A stretch of 63,677 bases of DNA from Chiloscyllium plagiosum (GCF_004010195.1 NC_057719.1:94136659-94200335), one strand, 5' to 3'. Counted from the stretch's first letter, positions 1 through 13,539 are shown. Translations and numbers: made by a program. Notes: a model not told the origin generated them from the sequence alone.

Positions 1-84
1 GCTTTATAAAGAAAGGTGCACAATTCATAATCGTGTTGCAGCCAAATCGTTTTTAATAAACCCACATTATTGGAGAACTGCCTG

Positions 85-1440
85 TATATTGAATGGAGGA
101 GCAAAATTGATGGACCGAAGGGACTACAGTAATTCTTATTTTATATGTCCCGATGTTTAAACATACTAAGTGTTATGAACACTGTGTGGGGAAAACTGTT
201 TTGAGAAAAATTTCATCATGAACTGGAATGGAGAAAGCTCAATGTGTCGAAAGACCTCCTCCTTTCCCGATGTTTCTGTGCAGTCTGTGGGAAAGCTCTA
301 TAACTGTTGTCACAAGCTCTCAGATGTTAGGGTGGAGATCTCTGCAGGATTAATGGACTGTGTTTCCCATTCACTTTTCGAATGCAGAGGCTGGTGCTGG
401 GTGTTCTGTCCGGTTTTGTCCTTTAAGACCCGGAGCAGTTTGATAAAATTGAGGGTCTTGCTTGGCGAATTCAGAGACAATTGAAGAGTTTCTCAACGTC
501 TGTGTGTCTGGAGTCACTTTTAGGCCGGACCAGGAAAGCACAGGAGATTCAGTTCTTGAAAGTACAGTGGGGAAGGAAATTGGTGTTTACAATCGACATT
601 GGCTTCAAGGTCACTGTTACTGACGCCAGGTTTTATATCTCGATACTTTATTAATTATTATTAATTTCCACCAGCTGCCAGAGGATTATCCTGCTCTGGA
701 TTTGTAATCCAGTGACAATTCCACAACAGCACCATTTCCTCATGGGGACCTGTCAGAAACCACACTGAGCTGGTTATTTCTATGCTACTGGACAGCTCTG
801 TCAAAAAGAACTCCCACCAATGTGACTATCGCGACGGGACTGAGGGCGTGGTAAATGGTCAGAGTGTAGTGATTCCCTTGTTATAGGACTGAATATAGTT
901 GAGGAATTTTCCACGTGGCCAGGCAGATGTCACAGTTAGAGCTGGAATGAAAAATCTTCTCCAAGGACACGGCTTGTTGTGCAGCACAAGTCTTCAGTCC
1001 TATTGCAGGAATGGGGTCAGGATTGCAGGATTGTGATTGAATGCAATTGTACTGTGGCTGCTGCTGTAATCTGCAGCATCACATGATAACCTAGTGTGAG
1101 CTGCAATATCTGCAAACCAATTCCACTGACTTTCCACCAGTTCACACCGAGACCCATTCACCCGTCAGCCCCTTACTCAGTGACCTAACCTGGTTTCTAA
1201 TGTGCGAACACTTCCAGTTTCATATTCTCATTCTGCTGAGGGAATCTCCCTGATGTCACGCCTCAAAAATGTTAAATTACTCCGATGATTTAACATATTA
1301 ATCTGAATCGTTTTCTTTCCCGTAATACCATTTTCTGTGTTTGAAGTGAATGTTTTTTTTCTTTGATTTTCTTCGTGACCATAATTAAGAGTTCTGTTGT
1401 GTCACTGATGCCAGCCTTATGTCGTTTCAGAGCCAATGAA
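85..1440 (-). repeat. Copy A of an old inverted segmental duplication (partner 30568-33490); a mosaic of LINE/SINE remnants
   Basis: Collinear reverse-complement matches across element junctions, e.g. CCTCCTCCTTTCCCGATGTTTCTGTGCAGTCTG (~255-287) vs ~33293-33324, and TGAGCTGCAATATCTGCAAA (1097-1116) vs ~30908-30928. Confidence 0.8.
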
Positions 1441-1677
1441 CTTGTGCACTTTGCGTTATTGTTCACTTCCCAATGTACAACGCTCTCTGCTGGACAGGGC
1501 GTTTGAGCAGATTTGACAAACTTCATTGGAACTTGTTCAAAAACAGAAATTGCTGAAGAAACTAAGCATGTCTGGCTGCATCTTGTGCAGTGAAAGCTGA
1601 GTTCATCTTTCAGGTGCAGTGACCCTTCCCTGTTTCTCCAGTAATTTTTTTATTTTTATTTCCAGTATCCACAATTC

Positions 1678-2452
1678 TGGCTGGAAGAAGACAGAGGGTA
1701 GTAGTTGATGGCAAAGGTTCATCTTGGAGTGCCGTCACTAGCGGTGTTCCGCAAGGATCTGTTTTGGGACCATTGTTGTTTGTCATTTTTATAAATGACC
1801 TGGAGGAGGGGTTAGAAGGTTGGGTGAGCAAGTTTGCGGATGATACGAAAGTCGGAGGAGTTGTAGACAGTGAGGAAGGATGTGGCAGGTTACAGCGGGA
1901 TATAGATAAGCTGCAGAACTGGGCAGAAAGGTGGCAAATGGAATTCAATGTAGCTAAGTGTGAGGTGATTCACGTTGGTAAGNNNNNNNNNNNNNNNNNN
2001 NNNNNNNNNNNNNNNNNNNNNNNNNNNNNNNNNNNNNNNNNNNNNNNNNNNNNNNNNNNNNNNNNNNNNNNNNNNNNNNNNNNNNNNNNNNNNNNNNNNN
2101 NNNNNNNNNNNNNNNNNNNNNNNNNNNNNNNNNNNNNNNNNNNNNNNNNNNNNNNNNNNNNNNNNNNNNNNNNNNNNNNNNNNNNNNNNNNNNNNNNNNN
2201 NNNNNNNNNNNNNNNNNNNNNNNNNNNNNNNNNNNNNNNNNNNNNNNNNNNNNNNNNNNNNGCGGGTCGTGAGTTCATGGAATGCCCTGCCAGTAGCAGT
2301 GGTGGACTCTCCCTTATTATGGGCATTTAAGCGGGCATTGGATAGGCATATGGAGGATAGTGGGCTAGTGTAGGTTAGGTGGGCTTGGATCGGCGCAACA
2401 TCGAGGGCCGAAGGGCCTGTACTGCGCTGTATTCTTCTATGTTCTATGTTCT
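1678..2452 (+). mobile_element. CR1-clade LINE, 3' fragment spanning a gap
   Basis: Translation [20 protein letters not shown]...KFADDTK (RT motifs); ends in a TTCTATGTTCTATGTTCTA tail. Confidence 0.9.
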
Positions 2453-2489
2453 AATTATTTGTTTAATTGAAAATGTATTCTGTGCCTAT

Positions 2490-2820
2490 TTATTTCTGAA
2501 GAAGCTCAGCAGGTCTGACAGCATCTGTGGAGACATAAAAACAGAGTTAGCATTGCAAGTCCAGTGTGATACTTCTTCAGAACTGGAAAGGATTGGAATC
2601 TGGGCATTTTAGTCCCTTTTCAGAGGTGGGGGTGGGGGTTGAGTAAGTGACAGGCAAAAGAGGGCGTGAGAACAGATGTACAGGCTTTTAGTAGTGGTGA
2701 ACGAGAAGATGATATAAAATGAGTTAAGTTAAAATGTGAATGGGGAAAGAGGTTCTCGCTATTGAATGCAAGATAAAGAAGACACAACCACATAAGGTCA
2801 CAGGGAGGCGAGGAGGGAGA
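2490..2820 (-). mobile_element. Old Penelope-like terminal fragment with a degenerate hammerhead motif
   Basis: CTCAGCAGGTCTGACAGCATCTG resembles the PLE terminus seen elsewhere in the window; minus strand reads TTCTGAAGAAG...ACTTGCAATGCTAAC. Confidence 0.45.
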
Positions 2821-3039
2821 ATTTTGAACATGTAGTATTATATCGATCTGGCCAGAGACACATTTTCACTGTAGAGATCATCACAGCCATCAGACAAAGG
2901 AATTCAGGTGTTTGACTTTTTATTGCCAGTAGTAAGATTTTCATGCTGCCTTAGTATTGTAACATGGAGAAAACAAATAACAGTATGAAATTTGGGCTGT
3001 GTGCTGTTTACCTATCATTTTTAATATTGTTTCAAATTT

Positions 3040-5105
3040 GCAGTGCTTATCTTTAAATGCTTGTTCTTGAAGCTAGGATGAGATGGAGTGTAGGAGGTTG
3101 ACGGGTGAAATTCTAGAAGTGTATAATACCATGGAAGGCATGGATAGGGTGAATAGCCAAGGTCTTTTCGACAGGATAGGAAAATGAAGTTTGTGAGAAG
3201 ATTTGGCACAAGAAAATAAAATCATAGAGAGCATAGGTTTATTGTGTAAAAGGGAAGATTTAAAAGGGAGGAAGAGGGAGCTTCTTTTACACAGAGGGTG
3301 ATGTGTTTATGGAATGAGCTGCCAAAGGAAGACTGGCAGATGCAGGTACAGCTCTAACTTTTACAAGGCCTTTTGACAAACATATGAATGGGAACCGTTT
3401 TGAGGCGTATGGGCCAAGTGAAAGCAGATGGGACTAGTTTATATTGGAAAACCTGGCTGGCATGGATATGTTGGATATGTTGGATATGTAAGATTGTATG
3501 CGTGCGCGATATGACTGTATGAATATAGAAAACAAAGAAAATGGAAGAAAAGATGTGATGTAAGCAAATTGGCTAGAAATATAAAAACAAGCAGCACGAG
3601 CTTTTCCATGTATGTAAGAATAGTTCAAGAGGTGTGCGAGATCTTTGGTGAAAAGAAATGTATATTGAGGACATTTGGAGGTTGTGACTGGGAAAATGGC
3701 GACAAGGAACAGACAGACCACTTACACCAGTATTTGACATCGTTCCTCACTGGTGAAGATGTTGTAAATATTTCAATGATATAAACAAAATGGTAATAAG
3801 AGGGAAGTTCTTGAACTCTCTCTAAAAAAAGGAACAAGACATCTCTCAAACAGATAAGACCAAGGGTAAACCGGTTATCAGCAATTCATAGCTGGTTTTA
3901 AAAGAACTGGTCACAGAGTGGCTGGTGACTCTGTGTGAAATATTCCATAACTCCGTGGATTAAAGGAGTGATCCAGTGAAACTCCAATGTGGCGACCATC
4001 TTCAAGAAAGGAGCAAGACTGAAAGCAGCAACCATTCAGCCTAACCATTATTGCTACGAATCTGTGAGAGTCTGTTGTTAAGGAAAGGACTGCAGGACAT
4101 TTAGAAAAGCTTCTCACAGAGTCAGCATTGTCTTGTTAAAGGCGCACTATATTTTGCCTGTAAAATCATGCAAAGATTTTCTGGAGATCCCTAAGAATGT
4201 AACAAGTGGCCTTGATAAAGGTGGACTGGTAGACATGAGGCTTTCTAGAGATTTTCCGCAAGGTATCACAAAATAAATGTTCTTACACAAGACAGAAGCT
4301 CATCGTATGACACATTAGCATGGGATGACAATTGGTAAACACTTAGAAATCGGAGAATCAGGATTCATTGATCTTTATGAAAAAAAAGTATCTTCTGGAA
4401 GATCACAAATATCAGTGCGATGGCTAGAGCTGCTTACAATCTATACTGATAGCCTGACGGCGGGAGCTCAGTGCAATATACATCCAAGTTTGTGGATGAC
4501 ACTGACAACCAAAAGGCAGGCTGTTATTTAATGGGGAAGTCTCCCGAAAAAGGAGCAGTACAACGGATTGGAGTGTTCCTGTATATGAAACATAACGTCA
4601 GCATGCCGACGCAGAAATGTTGGCTCATTAGACTGGTTTCTGGGATGGAAGAGTTGATTTTTTGAATACATCAAAAATGCTGAGGCGATTATTCATTGTG
4701 GTTTAAATGAATGAGGGTGACATTACTGAAACTGACAAAATACAGAGTGGGCTTGACAAGGTAGGTGTTGAGAATGTGATTCCACACCAGGGCAGAGTCT
4801 CGAACTCAGGGATGTCGATACAGAATAAGGAATATCGATTTCAAACTGAGATGTAAATGATTATCTTTTTCAGAAGGTAGTGAATGGCGGAAATTCCCTA
4901 ACCCAGTGAGTGTGGATGCTGGGACACTGAACGTCTTTACAGGCGGGCTGGATTGGTTTTTGACATATCTGTCAGTTGCGCGATACAAGGGGTTAGCAGG
5001 AAAGTGGAGTTGAGCCCTGGAGTAGACCAGCCATGTTCTTATTGTTTGACAGTGCAGGCTTGAGGGGCTGAATAGCCAGCTACTGTTCCTATTTCGTACG
5101 TTCTC
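3040..5105 (+). mobile_element. Degraded CR1-clade LINE fragments (at least two)
   Basis: CR1-like 3' regions at 3050-3500 and 4700-5105; decayed RT motif TCCAAGTTTGTGGATGACAC (SKFVDDT) at ~4483. Confidence 0.7.
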
Positions 5106-5149
5106 ATGTTATGCTTTTGGAAAATAACTGATTATTTTCCTGGAAGTCA

Positions 5150-5860
5150 TGATGTAAAATGTTAGATTCAGGGAGAGCAGAGGATTTGTCTGAGTAGACC
5201 CTGTGTAGGATATGGGGGCTGTATTCACAGCGAATCTGGGTCTGTAACATGACCTACATCTGGAGTAGAAGTTACAGAGAGGTGAAGCCTGGAAACAGGG
5301 GTTGGGGTGGAGGTGTGGGGTCACTGCCTGAGCCAGCCTGGATTTTCCAAGTACATTTCCCAACCTACACTTAAGTTTCGGAGTGGCCTCGATCTGCTCC
5401 TGTGCAGCAGGTCCGAAGGGCTGAAAGCAACATCAGAACTCAGGGCTAAGGAAACGAGTAGGCCATTCGGCCGTTTGACGCTATTCCACCAGTCAATAAG
5501 CTCATGGCTCATCTCATTGTGTTCCCAGCTGCACCTTTCTCTCCATGCACCATTATCCCCGATTCATCTATCTATGGACAATCAGATTAAGCCAACCTCG
5601 AAATAATGTAATGATTCAACCCTTCCAAACTTCTGGGATATGGAATTCCCACTTGAATGAATTCCCACTTTGTGAATTTCTCCTCTCTCCGGTTCTGACT
5701 GAGGTTGGAGGGTGCCACTGTTTCCCTTTCTAGTCCCACTCCTCTACTGTTCACAGCAGATTTTAAATGTAACCAGGTTGGTAATATGGCCAATGCTAAA
5801 TGTCTAAGACAGGTTCAGTTATCAGAACAACTCAGTTAGATTTGTTTAGTCAGCTACAGG
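5150..5860 (+). mobile_element. Repeat homologous to 13395-14650 and 44540-44760; probably the 5' part of a Harbinger element
   Basis: Reverse-complement similarity to both other copies; the third copy lies directly upstream of a Harbinger transposase relic. Confidence 0.5.
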
Positions 5861-5887
5861 TAATTAATAGAACTAACTGAGGAGTAT

Positions 5888-6080
5888 GATGGATATGTGG
5901 TTAGCACAGCTGCCTCACGTCACTAAGGAGCTGGGTTCAATTCCAAACCTCAGGTGACCCTCTATGTGGACTTTGGATATTCACACGTATCTATATGGGT
6001 TCACCCCAATTCTCCAGTTTCCTCCCAGAGTACAAAGATGTGCAGTTTAGAGTGGATTGGCCATGCTAGATTGCCCATTG
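5888..6080 (+). mobile_element. HE1-type tRNA-derived SINE, degraded
   Basis: GTGGTTAGCACAGCTGCCTCAC...GGGTTCAATTCC head (A/B-box-like); body ...AAAGATGTGCAG...GGATTGGCCATGCTAGATTGCCC. Confidence 0.75.
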
Positions 6081-7677
6081 TTGAGAGAGCGTCCCCTTCA
6101 TGGTAACCTCTGTCAGTGTGGGGGAATTGAATCTGCTCTGCTGGACTCCCTCTGCATCACAAATCAGCCGTCCAGCCAACTGAGTGGGAGACAGTGTAAC
6201 TGCTACAGACAGAAACAGTCACAGACAAAGGGCAAAAGAAACGTTCCTTACAAGGAAAGTGGTACAATTCAGATAACGGTCAAGATAACAGCTGAGGATA
6301 AAAACGTTCTCTGCTCGAAATTGTATTTATAACGGGACAAGTGTTTGGAAGCAGTGTTTGGTTGAATACAATAAAGTGACACAGAGTGAGCCAGAATTAC
6401 TAATTGTGTTTGAATATAACATAACTGGAAAGAGAGAGAGCGAGAGATGAAAAATTGTTGTGTTAATTCCCCTTATCCGCCATGTGCAGGGTCAACTGTA
6501 CAGGGTCGCTCCAAAGTGAGAAAGTTCAACAGTTTGAAAGATGGTAACAATACCAGTGATCACGGAATATCCAGTGGCATTAGTGAGACGGTAAGCCCCT
6601 CCAGCCATGTTGGATTGGAGAATTGGGCTGGCAATGAATGATCGGAACAGTATGAGATTGAGTGGGTAGTTAATGAGGTGAGTTCGATACGATAGCACCA
6701 AGAAACTAGCTCAGCCTTGTGCAGACAATCCCCCATCACACTCAATAAAAATGTCACTGAGACAAATTATTGTTAGATTCAGCCCAATGAGTCGAAGACT
6801 CTGCTGACCCCACACCCAGTGACAAAGTTGTAGAACAAATGCTCATCCAAAACTCTCCATCATCTTTATTAACACCAATGGCCCTTCATCTATCTTTACA
6901 GGGAATACAGGCCCATGTTGCAGAATGCTGTTGAAATGTCTTCATTTTAGCATTCTGAAATCTGTGCTCTTGCATGAAATTGTCTCTCAATCTCTCTTTC
7001 TCTTTTTTTCCCAAAATCCTTTTGACTGTTGGTAGTCAAACTGTTTTCCCCGTCAACTCACTCTGGCAGTGACTAGGGAATACGGATTAGGGAATAAGGA
7101 CTCTGTATCAGAGTGATAATGTAACTAGACTGGTAATTCAGAGGCACGGGCTGTGACTCCAAGGCAGTGTTTAAAATNNNNNNNNNNNNNNNNNNNNNNN
7201 NNNNNNNNNNNNNNNNNNNNNNNNNNNNNNNNNNNNNNNNNNNNNNNNNNNNNNNNNNNNNNNNNNNNNNNNNNNNNNNNNNNNNNNNNNNNNNNNNNNN
7301 NNNNNNNNNNNNNNNNNNNNNNNNNNNNNNNNNNNNNNNNNNNNNNNNNNNNNNNNNNNNNNNNNNNNNNNNNNNNNNNNNNNNNNNNNNNNNNNNNNNN
7401 NNNNNNNNNNNNNNNNNNNNNNNNNNNNNNNNNNNNNNNNNNNNNNNNNNNNNNNNNNNNNNNNNNNNNNNNNNNNNNNNNNNNNNNNNNNNNNNNNNNN
7501 NNNNNNNNNNNNNNNNNNNNNNNNNNNNNNNNNNNNNNNNNNNNNNNNNNNNNNNNNNNNNNNNNNNNNNNNNNNNNNNNNNNNNNNNNNNNNNNNNNNN
7601 NNNNNNNNNNNNNNNNNNNNNNNNNNNNNNNNNNNNNNNNNNNNNNNNNNNNNNNNNNNNNNNNNNNNNNNNNNNNN

Positions 7678-8025
7678 TTGGAAAAATAATACTTCCAAAA
7701 GGGAAAAAGATAGGAAAAGATGATTAAATATTGTTGCTTTGTATGGATTAAGGAATCAATTCTTCGTACCATCGTCTTCTGGCCAAAGTACAGGTCGGAT
7801 GAAGACTGGGTTTGTAAATATTTGAATTTATACGTCAACAGAAAACAGCTTTTCAGTCAGGAGGAATCAGAGTATGCTCCGTGTCGGAAGGGCTAGATAG
7901 CTGAAGGGCTACTGAGGGTACATTTCGCATCTAAATCATGGCCAGACATCCAGAAAAAGATTCAAAAGATAGGGGGGTGGAACGAGAAGCCTCTGGAGGA
8001 GTTGTTGCGGGAAGCTCCCTAAGTG
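7678..8025 (+). pseudogene. gag: ERV gag remnants (matrix N-terminus and a capsid piece)
   Basis: MIKYCCFVWIKESILRTIVFWPKYRSDEDWVCKYLNLYVN and SWPDIQKKIQKIGGWNEKPLEELLREA. Confidence 0.8.
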
Positions 8026-8288
8026 TCTGTGAGATATGGTGTGTTTGTGTGTGAGAGAGAGAGAAAGGAGCTGTACAGCTAATAGGAATTTTAGCCCTTT
8101 GTGATTCGGTTTGAATGCACATTTGTTTGTTTGTGATTTAATGTTTGTGCTTTGTCCCCTGGAGCTTGAGATCAGAGATTATTTTGAATCTGATTTCTAT
8201 TATGGAAATTTAAGATAATTTCTTTTAACGTTTAGGATTTTACAGTGATTATGAAATAAAATGTTCACTCCTTTTCTTTTTACAGGTC

Positions 8289-10300
8289 ATGACTGCCTTG
8301 CTATCAGTTTCTAACTAATCTCATTTATCCTTACATAAAAGCAATTTGTAGAGGACAGTTGAAGCTTCAGTTCAACATTAGATTGTAATAAATCATCTTA
8401 GTGATAACGGTTCCTGAAAGTACAAATCCACAAGTCACAAAAACAGATGCCTGCAGCCTGGTGGATTGTGGAGATGTAAGAGATCACAGGCAATATAGTA
8501 ACTCAGAGATACATCTTAGGCTCTATGAAAAAGATCCCAAAAGGGGTGCATGGGATAAGACTAATGGGAAGAAAATGTCCCGGAGAGAGAAATGGAAGGG
8601 ATATATTTGTAATAAAGAATGTAAAGAATGGTGGAGGCAGTAAGGCCTCAGAGGTGATCTCTTGATTAATCCACTGGTCACAGTACACCGAGGCCCCTAG
8701 GCCAGCTCTTGACTGTCCGATAAAAAGTTTAAAACAATATATATAATAATAAAGAAAACCTCATGGTATGAAGCAGTTTTAGGGAGAGAAACCTATAAGG
8801 TCCAATTACACCAAATATTTGGAATACAGATGAAAGCAGACGGGAACAATTTCCTGGGATGTTCTTTTAAATTACAGGTAAAAGACAGAACCCGAGTAGG
8901 AGAAAGGAAGAGTAAAGCCCCTTACTCTGATCCTAAAGTGATAAAAGTTGTAGAGGCAAAGGACTTAAAGCAGACCATTGAAGTAGAAACAGAATATGGG
9001 AATACAAATGCCTGGGTTGAATGGGTAAAGTACAGTGTGGAATGTTTGAATAAAAGCAATTGTTATGCATGTGCCTCTGGGAGACCAATGGCCCAAGTAG
9101 TCCCCTTGCCACTCGGGTGAGGGGGGGGGGGGGGGGAACCGAGACAGGAGGGGTATGACATGCATGATAGCTCTGTATCAGGATAAGACTGCATGGAGTA
9201 ATAAAGATTGAATGCCCATTCTATTAAATTCCCTCCTTTAAAGAAGGAAGGCTTAAAGACGCCTCCATGTTTTCTGCCGTTGTCGGAAATCACACATCTT
9301 GCGTAAAAAGGCGAGGAACAGATCGGTCCAGATATTTGGGGGAGCTGAAATCATGTACCAAGATTGAGTACATGACTGAAAATGGAGGGAACCACTCAGC
9401 ATTAAGGATTCCCTGAGCGGATCTGTGATGGGACTGCGGAGGGAAAATATTGAGACCCACCCTCCCTCCAAATGGGAGGGGCATATGTGCGATTGTACAA
9501 TTGGCAATTCCGATCACCTTGGCATTTGAAAAGAAAGAGATAGTAAAGGAAGGGGGACGAAGTAAGAGATCACTATTGGGTATTTCGTTTGATGATCAGG
9601 TATATCTAGACTCTATATGAGACCCAAGAGGGGTACCTGATGAGTTCAATGCTTGTAACCAGATTATGGCAGGCTTTGAATCAACTCTCTTCTGGTGGGT
9701 AACAGTCAACAAAAATGTGGATTGGATAAATCTTATTTTCTATAATCAGCATCAATTACACTACAGACGCAATTAAAGATATAGCCGAAAAACTTGATGC
9801 ACCCAGCAGAATGGCATGGGAGGATAGAATGACCCTAGCAGAAAAAGGCAGAGTGTGTGTAATGTTAGGAGGGAGCTATTGTGCCTTTATTTCAAATAAC
9901 ACAGCCCCAGATGGGTTTATTATTCGAGCTCAGCAAAGGTCTAACAACACTAGCTGAAGAACTAGCTGAAAATTCAGGAGTTAGCACATCATTCACTGGG
10001 TGGCTAGAATTGTGGCTTGGGAAGTGGAAGGGTGTGGTGGTTTCAGTCCTTACCTCCTAGATCGTAGTGGTGGGAGTACTAACTGCAATAGGATGCTGTA
10101 TCATACCGTGCGCACGGGGTTAATCCAAAGGTTGATTGAAACAGCTTTGGCCACACAAATGCCTGTAAAGAACAATTGGGGGGAGGGCTCTACCTGTTAA
10201 ACAATGAGGGAATAAGTGACCTCGGGGAGATTTCCAAAATAAATGGAATTTCAGAAAAGATGCTGGTCAATTTGGAAGCAACATATAAAAAGAAAATGCA
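8289..10300 (+). pseudogene. env: ERV env, disrupted by stops and frameshifts
   Basis: SU CxxC motif (SNCYAC); furin site RSKR ~9557-9568; GVPDEF..NQIMAGFES; ISD-like RMAWEDRMTLAEKGRVC; TM segment then GCCIIPCARGLIQRLIE; splice acceptor TTTTCTTTTTACAG ending at 8285. Confidence 0.9.
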
Positions 10301-10334
10301 GAAGATAATGATAATTAAAGAAAAAGGGAGAAAT

Positions 10335-10934
10335 TGTGGGATATAGGTAAAACAGGTTACTTCTGCAAATGTTTATTAACATCAGTATATAATTGTTTCA
10401 GCCAAATTAATAATTGCTTATAAACACCAGTATCAGCCAAAAGCTTAATTAATGATTGCTTATGTAAGGCAAAAATAAAATTAACACAGGAATGAAAACT
10501 ATGTGGAAGAAAAACATACTTACATTAGCTAAAATGTGCATACAGGAATGAAACATGCCGACAAACAATGAAAGATGTTACAGACAGACAAATAAGGTGA
10601 AAAACACATCACGATATGCCAAGCTTAGTGCATTTACCTCATGTCAGATAGGGGGGAGGGCTGCCCGGTTTGGAGTAGGGGGAGAAGTAAACAAGCGCGG
10701 AGTGCAGCTGGGCAGGGGAAGAACACAATACGGAATATTGATAGGTTTGAAGGACAAAGAGGTAAATTGAGAAGTACTGAGAATTAAACTGTATAAATTG
10801 TGGAATAATTTCTGGATTGGTGTGGCTATTTCCTAGTCACCCCTTCTTGCAAGAACGTTTCAATAAAATTCGTTGCTTCAGAATTTGACTTGGTCCGAAA
10901 TTTATTATATTGTGAGCTCTGTTTCTTACCCACA
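10335..10934 (+). repeat. ERV 3' LTR
   Basis: TGTGGG/CCCACA inverted termini, upstream PPT, TATAAA at ~10792, AATAAA at 10862. Confidence 0.9.
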
Positions 10935-11508
10935 AAAACACTAAAACAACAGCTAATGAACGTGAAAGACCCTATATAGACAATAAGCAAAACTAACATC
11001 ATGTACAAAATACCGTGCAAGTACTGTAACAAATAATACATTGGACAAACAGGCATGAACACCAACTAGTCACAAAAGGACATGACCGTCTCTCACTCGT
11101 ATCATCACATATGGATGAGGAAGGACACCACTTCGACTGGGACAATACTTCCATCCGAGGACAAGCCAAACAAAGACATGCACGAGAATTCTTAGAAGCA
11201 TGGCATTCCAACCAGAACTTTATCAACATTCACATCGAGTTAGACCCCATCTACCACCCTCTGAGAAAAGGAACAGGAAATGACTTCACCACAGGAAATA
11301 ACATCATCAAAGGAAATGACATCACCAACCCAAAGAAACACGAACATATAAATAGAAAGTAAGAAGTTTCAGCATTGCTTTGCATAAAGTCTACTGAAGA
11401 TGTTACCTAGTAAGGTAATGTAAACGTTTGGAAATGAACCTTTCAGCTCAGCGAGCAAACCTACATTCAAAACCTCAACCTGAGCTACAAATCTTCTCAA
11501 AACTCACT
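10935..11508 (+). mobile_element. Penelope-like element (Poseidon-type), GIY-YIG C-terminus and terminus
   Basis: NIMYKIPCKYCNK*YIGQTG; HHFDWDNTSIRGQAKQRHAREFLEAWHS; degenerate hammerhead CTGAAGA-TGTTACC..GGTAATG-TAAACGTT at 11394-11428. Confidence 0.85.
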
Positions 11509-12049
11509 ATGTTCATAGTTCATTTCAATGTCACAGCACGTGCACTCAATATCCTACAGTTGAGACAAATATCTTGCATTTGTTTAACAATACAAAGTGT
11601 TTTGTGTGGCTCAGTAATGGGAACCTGATTATGATAAATTCATACTGAGCTGAAAGCTGGCACTTAAAATATGACCCAAAATCTGGGTATGGTAGTGTAG
11701 TGGGTAGTGTCCCTGCCTCTGAGCCAGAACTCTGGATTTGATTCCAATTCCTGAACTTGTACAGCAGTGTTCCTAGCTCTGGACTAGAAGGTCTGGATGC
11801 AAGTCCAGCATGTTGCAGAGGTTTGTCACAACATGTCATAACATGCTGATGAGCATCTCCGGGCACAAAGATCTCGGTGCAAATCCCACAGAAGTGTCTC
11901 ATGATACCTCTGAACAAAATGATTAAAATAGATTTAGAATTGTGACTCGGTGGAGAAGGAAGAGTTGTCAGTATTGAATTTCAGAATTTAGGCCAAGGAT
12001 GACTGAAAACGCAGCTATTTGTGTTGATTGGAGTCACATTTCGCATCAG

Positions 12050-12280
12050 TAGAGGTGCATAAAATCGGAATGGTCATGGATAGGGTGAGTAGTCAGAGTT
12101 TTTTCCCCATGTTAGGGGCGTCCAAAACTAGAGGGCATTGGTTGAAAGTGAGAAGGGAAAGGTTTTGAAGAGGCCTAAGAGGCACCTTTTCACGCAGAGG
12201 GTGATGTGCATATGGAATGAGCTGCTAGAGGAAGTGGCGGAGGCTGGTACAACTATAACATGTAAAAGGCATCTGTATAC
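12050..12280 (+). mobile_element. CR1 3' fragment
   Basis: TTTTCACGCAGAGGGTGATGTGCATATGGAATGAGCTG (FTQRV..WNEL). Confidence 0.75.
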
Positions 12281-12699
12281 TTACAGACCTGCTGAGTTTT
12301 TCCAACAATATCTGTATTTGTTAAAAAATAAATTCATTTTATTCTGAATACATTAAACATTTTTTTTTAATGACGCAAGGTTATACAAACGTATCTTCAA
12401 ATTGATTGAGTCCATTTTCTGCTAAGGGATGCCTCTGTGCATGGCAGCAGCAATGATGCACCTACATGGAACAGGGAATGTGATGGAGACATAGTTTGGA
12501 CAATGTACAAGGAAACCTCAAATGGTACAATTTGGGAGAGGATGGCATACTGTTTGATTCAACTCAGAGAGGGAGAAAAAGTAATCTGCCTGAGAAGGAA
12601 CGGCCTATTGCACTCTCTCTCCTTCATTGTTCCTCATCGCTGCATTGTGTGCGAGCTAAAAAAAAACTTTACAGTCATCATTACCGTTCTTATTTTTAT

Positions 12700-13030
12700 A
12701 GAATTCCTGCAGTGTGGAAACAGACCCTTCAGCCCAACAAGTCCATACCAACCATCCAAAGAGTAACCTTCCCAGGCCCGTTCCCCTATATTTACTGACT
12801 AATGTAACTAACCTAGAAATCCTTGAACACTATGGACAATTTAGCATGACTAATCCACCTAACCTACACAGCTTTGGACCATGGGAGGAAACTGGAACAC
12901 CCGTTAGAAGCTCACACAGCCAAGGGGAGAATGTGCAAACTCCACACAGTATGTCGCCCGAGGCTGGAATCGAACCCAAGTCCCTGATGCTATGAGGCAG
13001 CAGTGCTAACCACAGAGGCACTGTGCTAGC
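12700..13030 (-). mobile_element. HE1-type SINE, near full length
   Basis: Reverse complement shows a tRNA-like head at ~12960-13028, the body, and a ...GGACTTGTTGGGCTGAAGGGTCTGTTTCCACACTG tail. Confidence 0.85.
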
Positions 13031-13539
13031 CTTTGGGTAATCCCTGACCAGAATTCATTGGAACCTCCTCACTGCCTAATACAAAGGGAATTCAGTCAAA
13101 TCTGACTCTTACAGGATGAAATCCCATTGCTAGCAGCTTGTGTGAGTAGAATATCTTCAGAAGCAGAATCATATTTTGGACAATCTCTCAATGTTTCCTA
13201 TTGTCGTGAGTTACACTAATATCTGGACAAAGCGCTTTCAACTTCAAATTGCAGAGATTTTGTTTACGTGTGTGTGTCAGTGTTGTAAACAGGGAAATAC
13301 CGATTATATAATTGCAATTACCAAACAGTTTGCCATTAATCTTTCCATCATAGTTTGACTAACTTTGCTCTGGATCATAAAAGTGCTATTTCAGCAGATT
13401 AAAAAAACAGCCTAACTTGTTCCTAAAACTGACCCTGACCCAGTCTGAGACCGATATCATCGGCCATTTCACCAACCTGGTTACATTTAACATTTGTTGT
13501 GAGCAGTGGAGGATTGGGACGAGAAAAAGAAATATTGAC

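Larger units (their letters stand above)
7678..10934 (+). mobile_element. Defective class I endogenous retrovirus: gag fragments, env and 3' LTR; no pol
   Basis: gag and env motifs as listed below; PPT AAAAAGGGAGAAAT at 10321-10334 followed by a TGTGGG...CCCACA LTR. Confidence 0.9.

Noticed and set aside
171..479. Possible solo LTR (TGTTA...GACA)
   Set aside because: The sequence is continuous with the paralog at 32650-33410 and has no TSD
1290..1526. 78-aa ORF partly open in the paralogous copy (30569-30712)
   Set aside because: The two copies shift frame relative to each other, and I see no recognisable domain or splice support
6195..6420. Small TGTAAC...ATAACA segment with AATAAA, possible mini-LTR
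   Set aside because: No TSD and no second copy in the window; evidence is insufficient
8289..10300. Domesticated syncytin-like env gene
   Set aside because: Multiple stops and frameshifts and an ISD deletion; not an intact ORF
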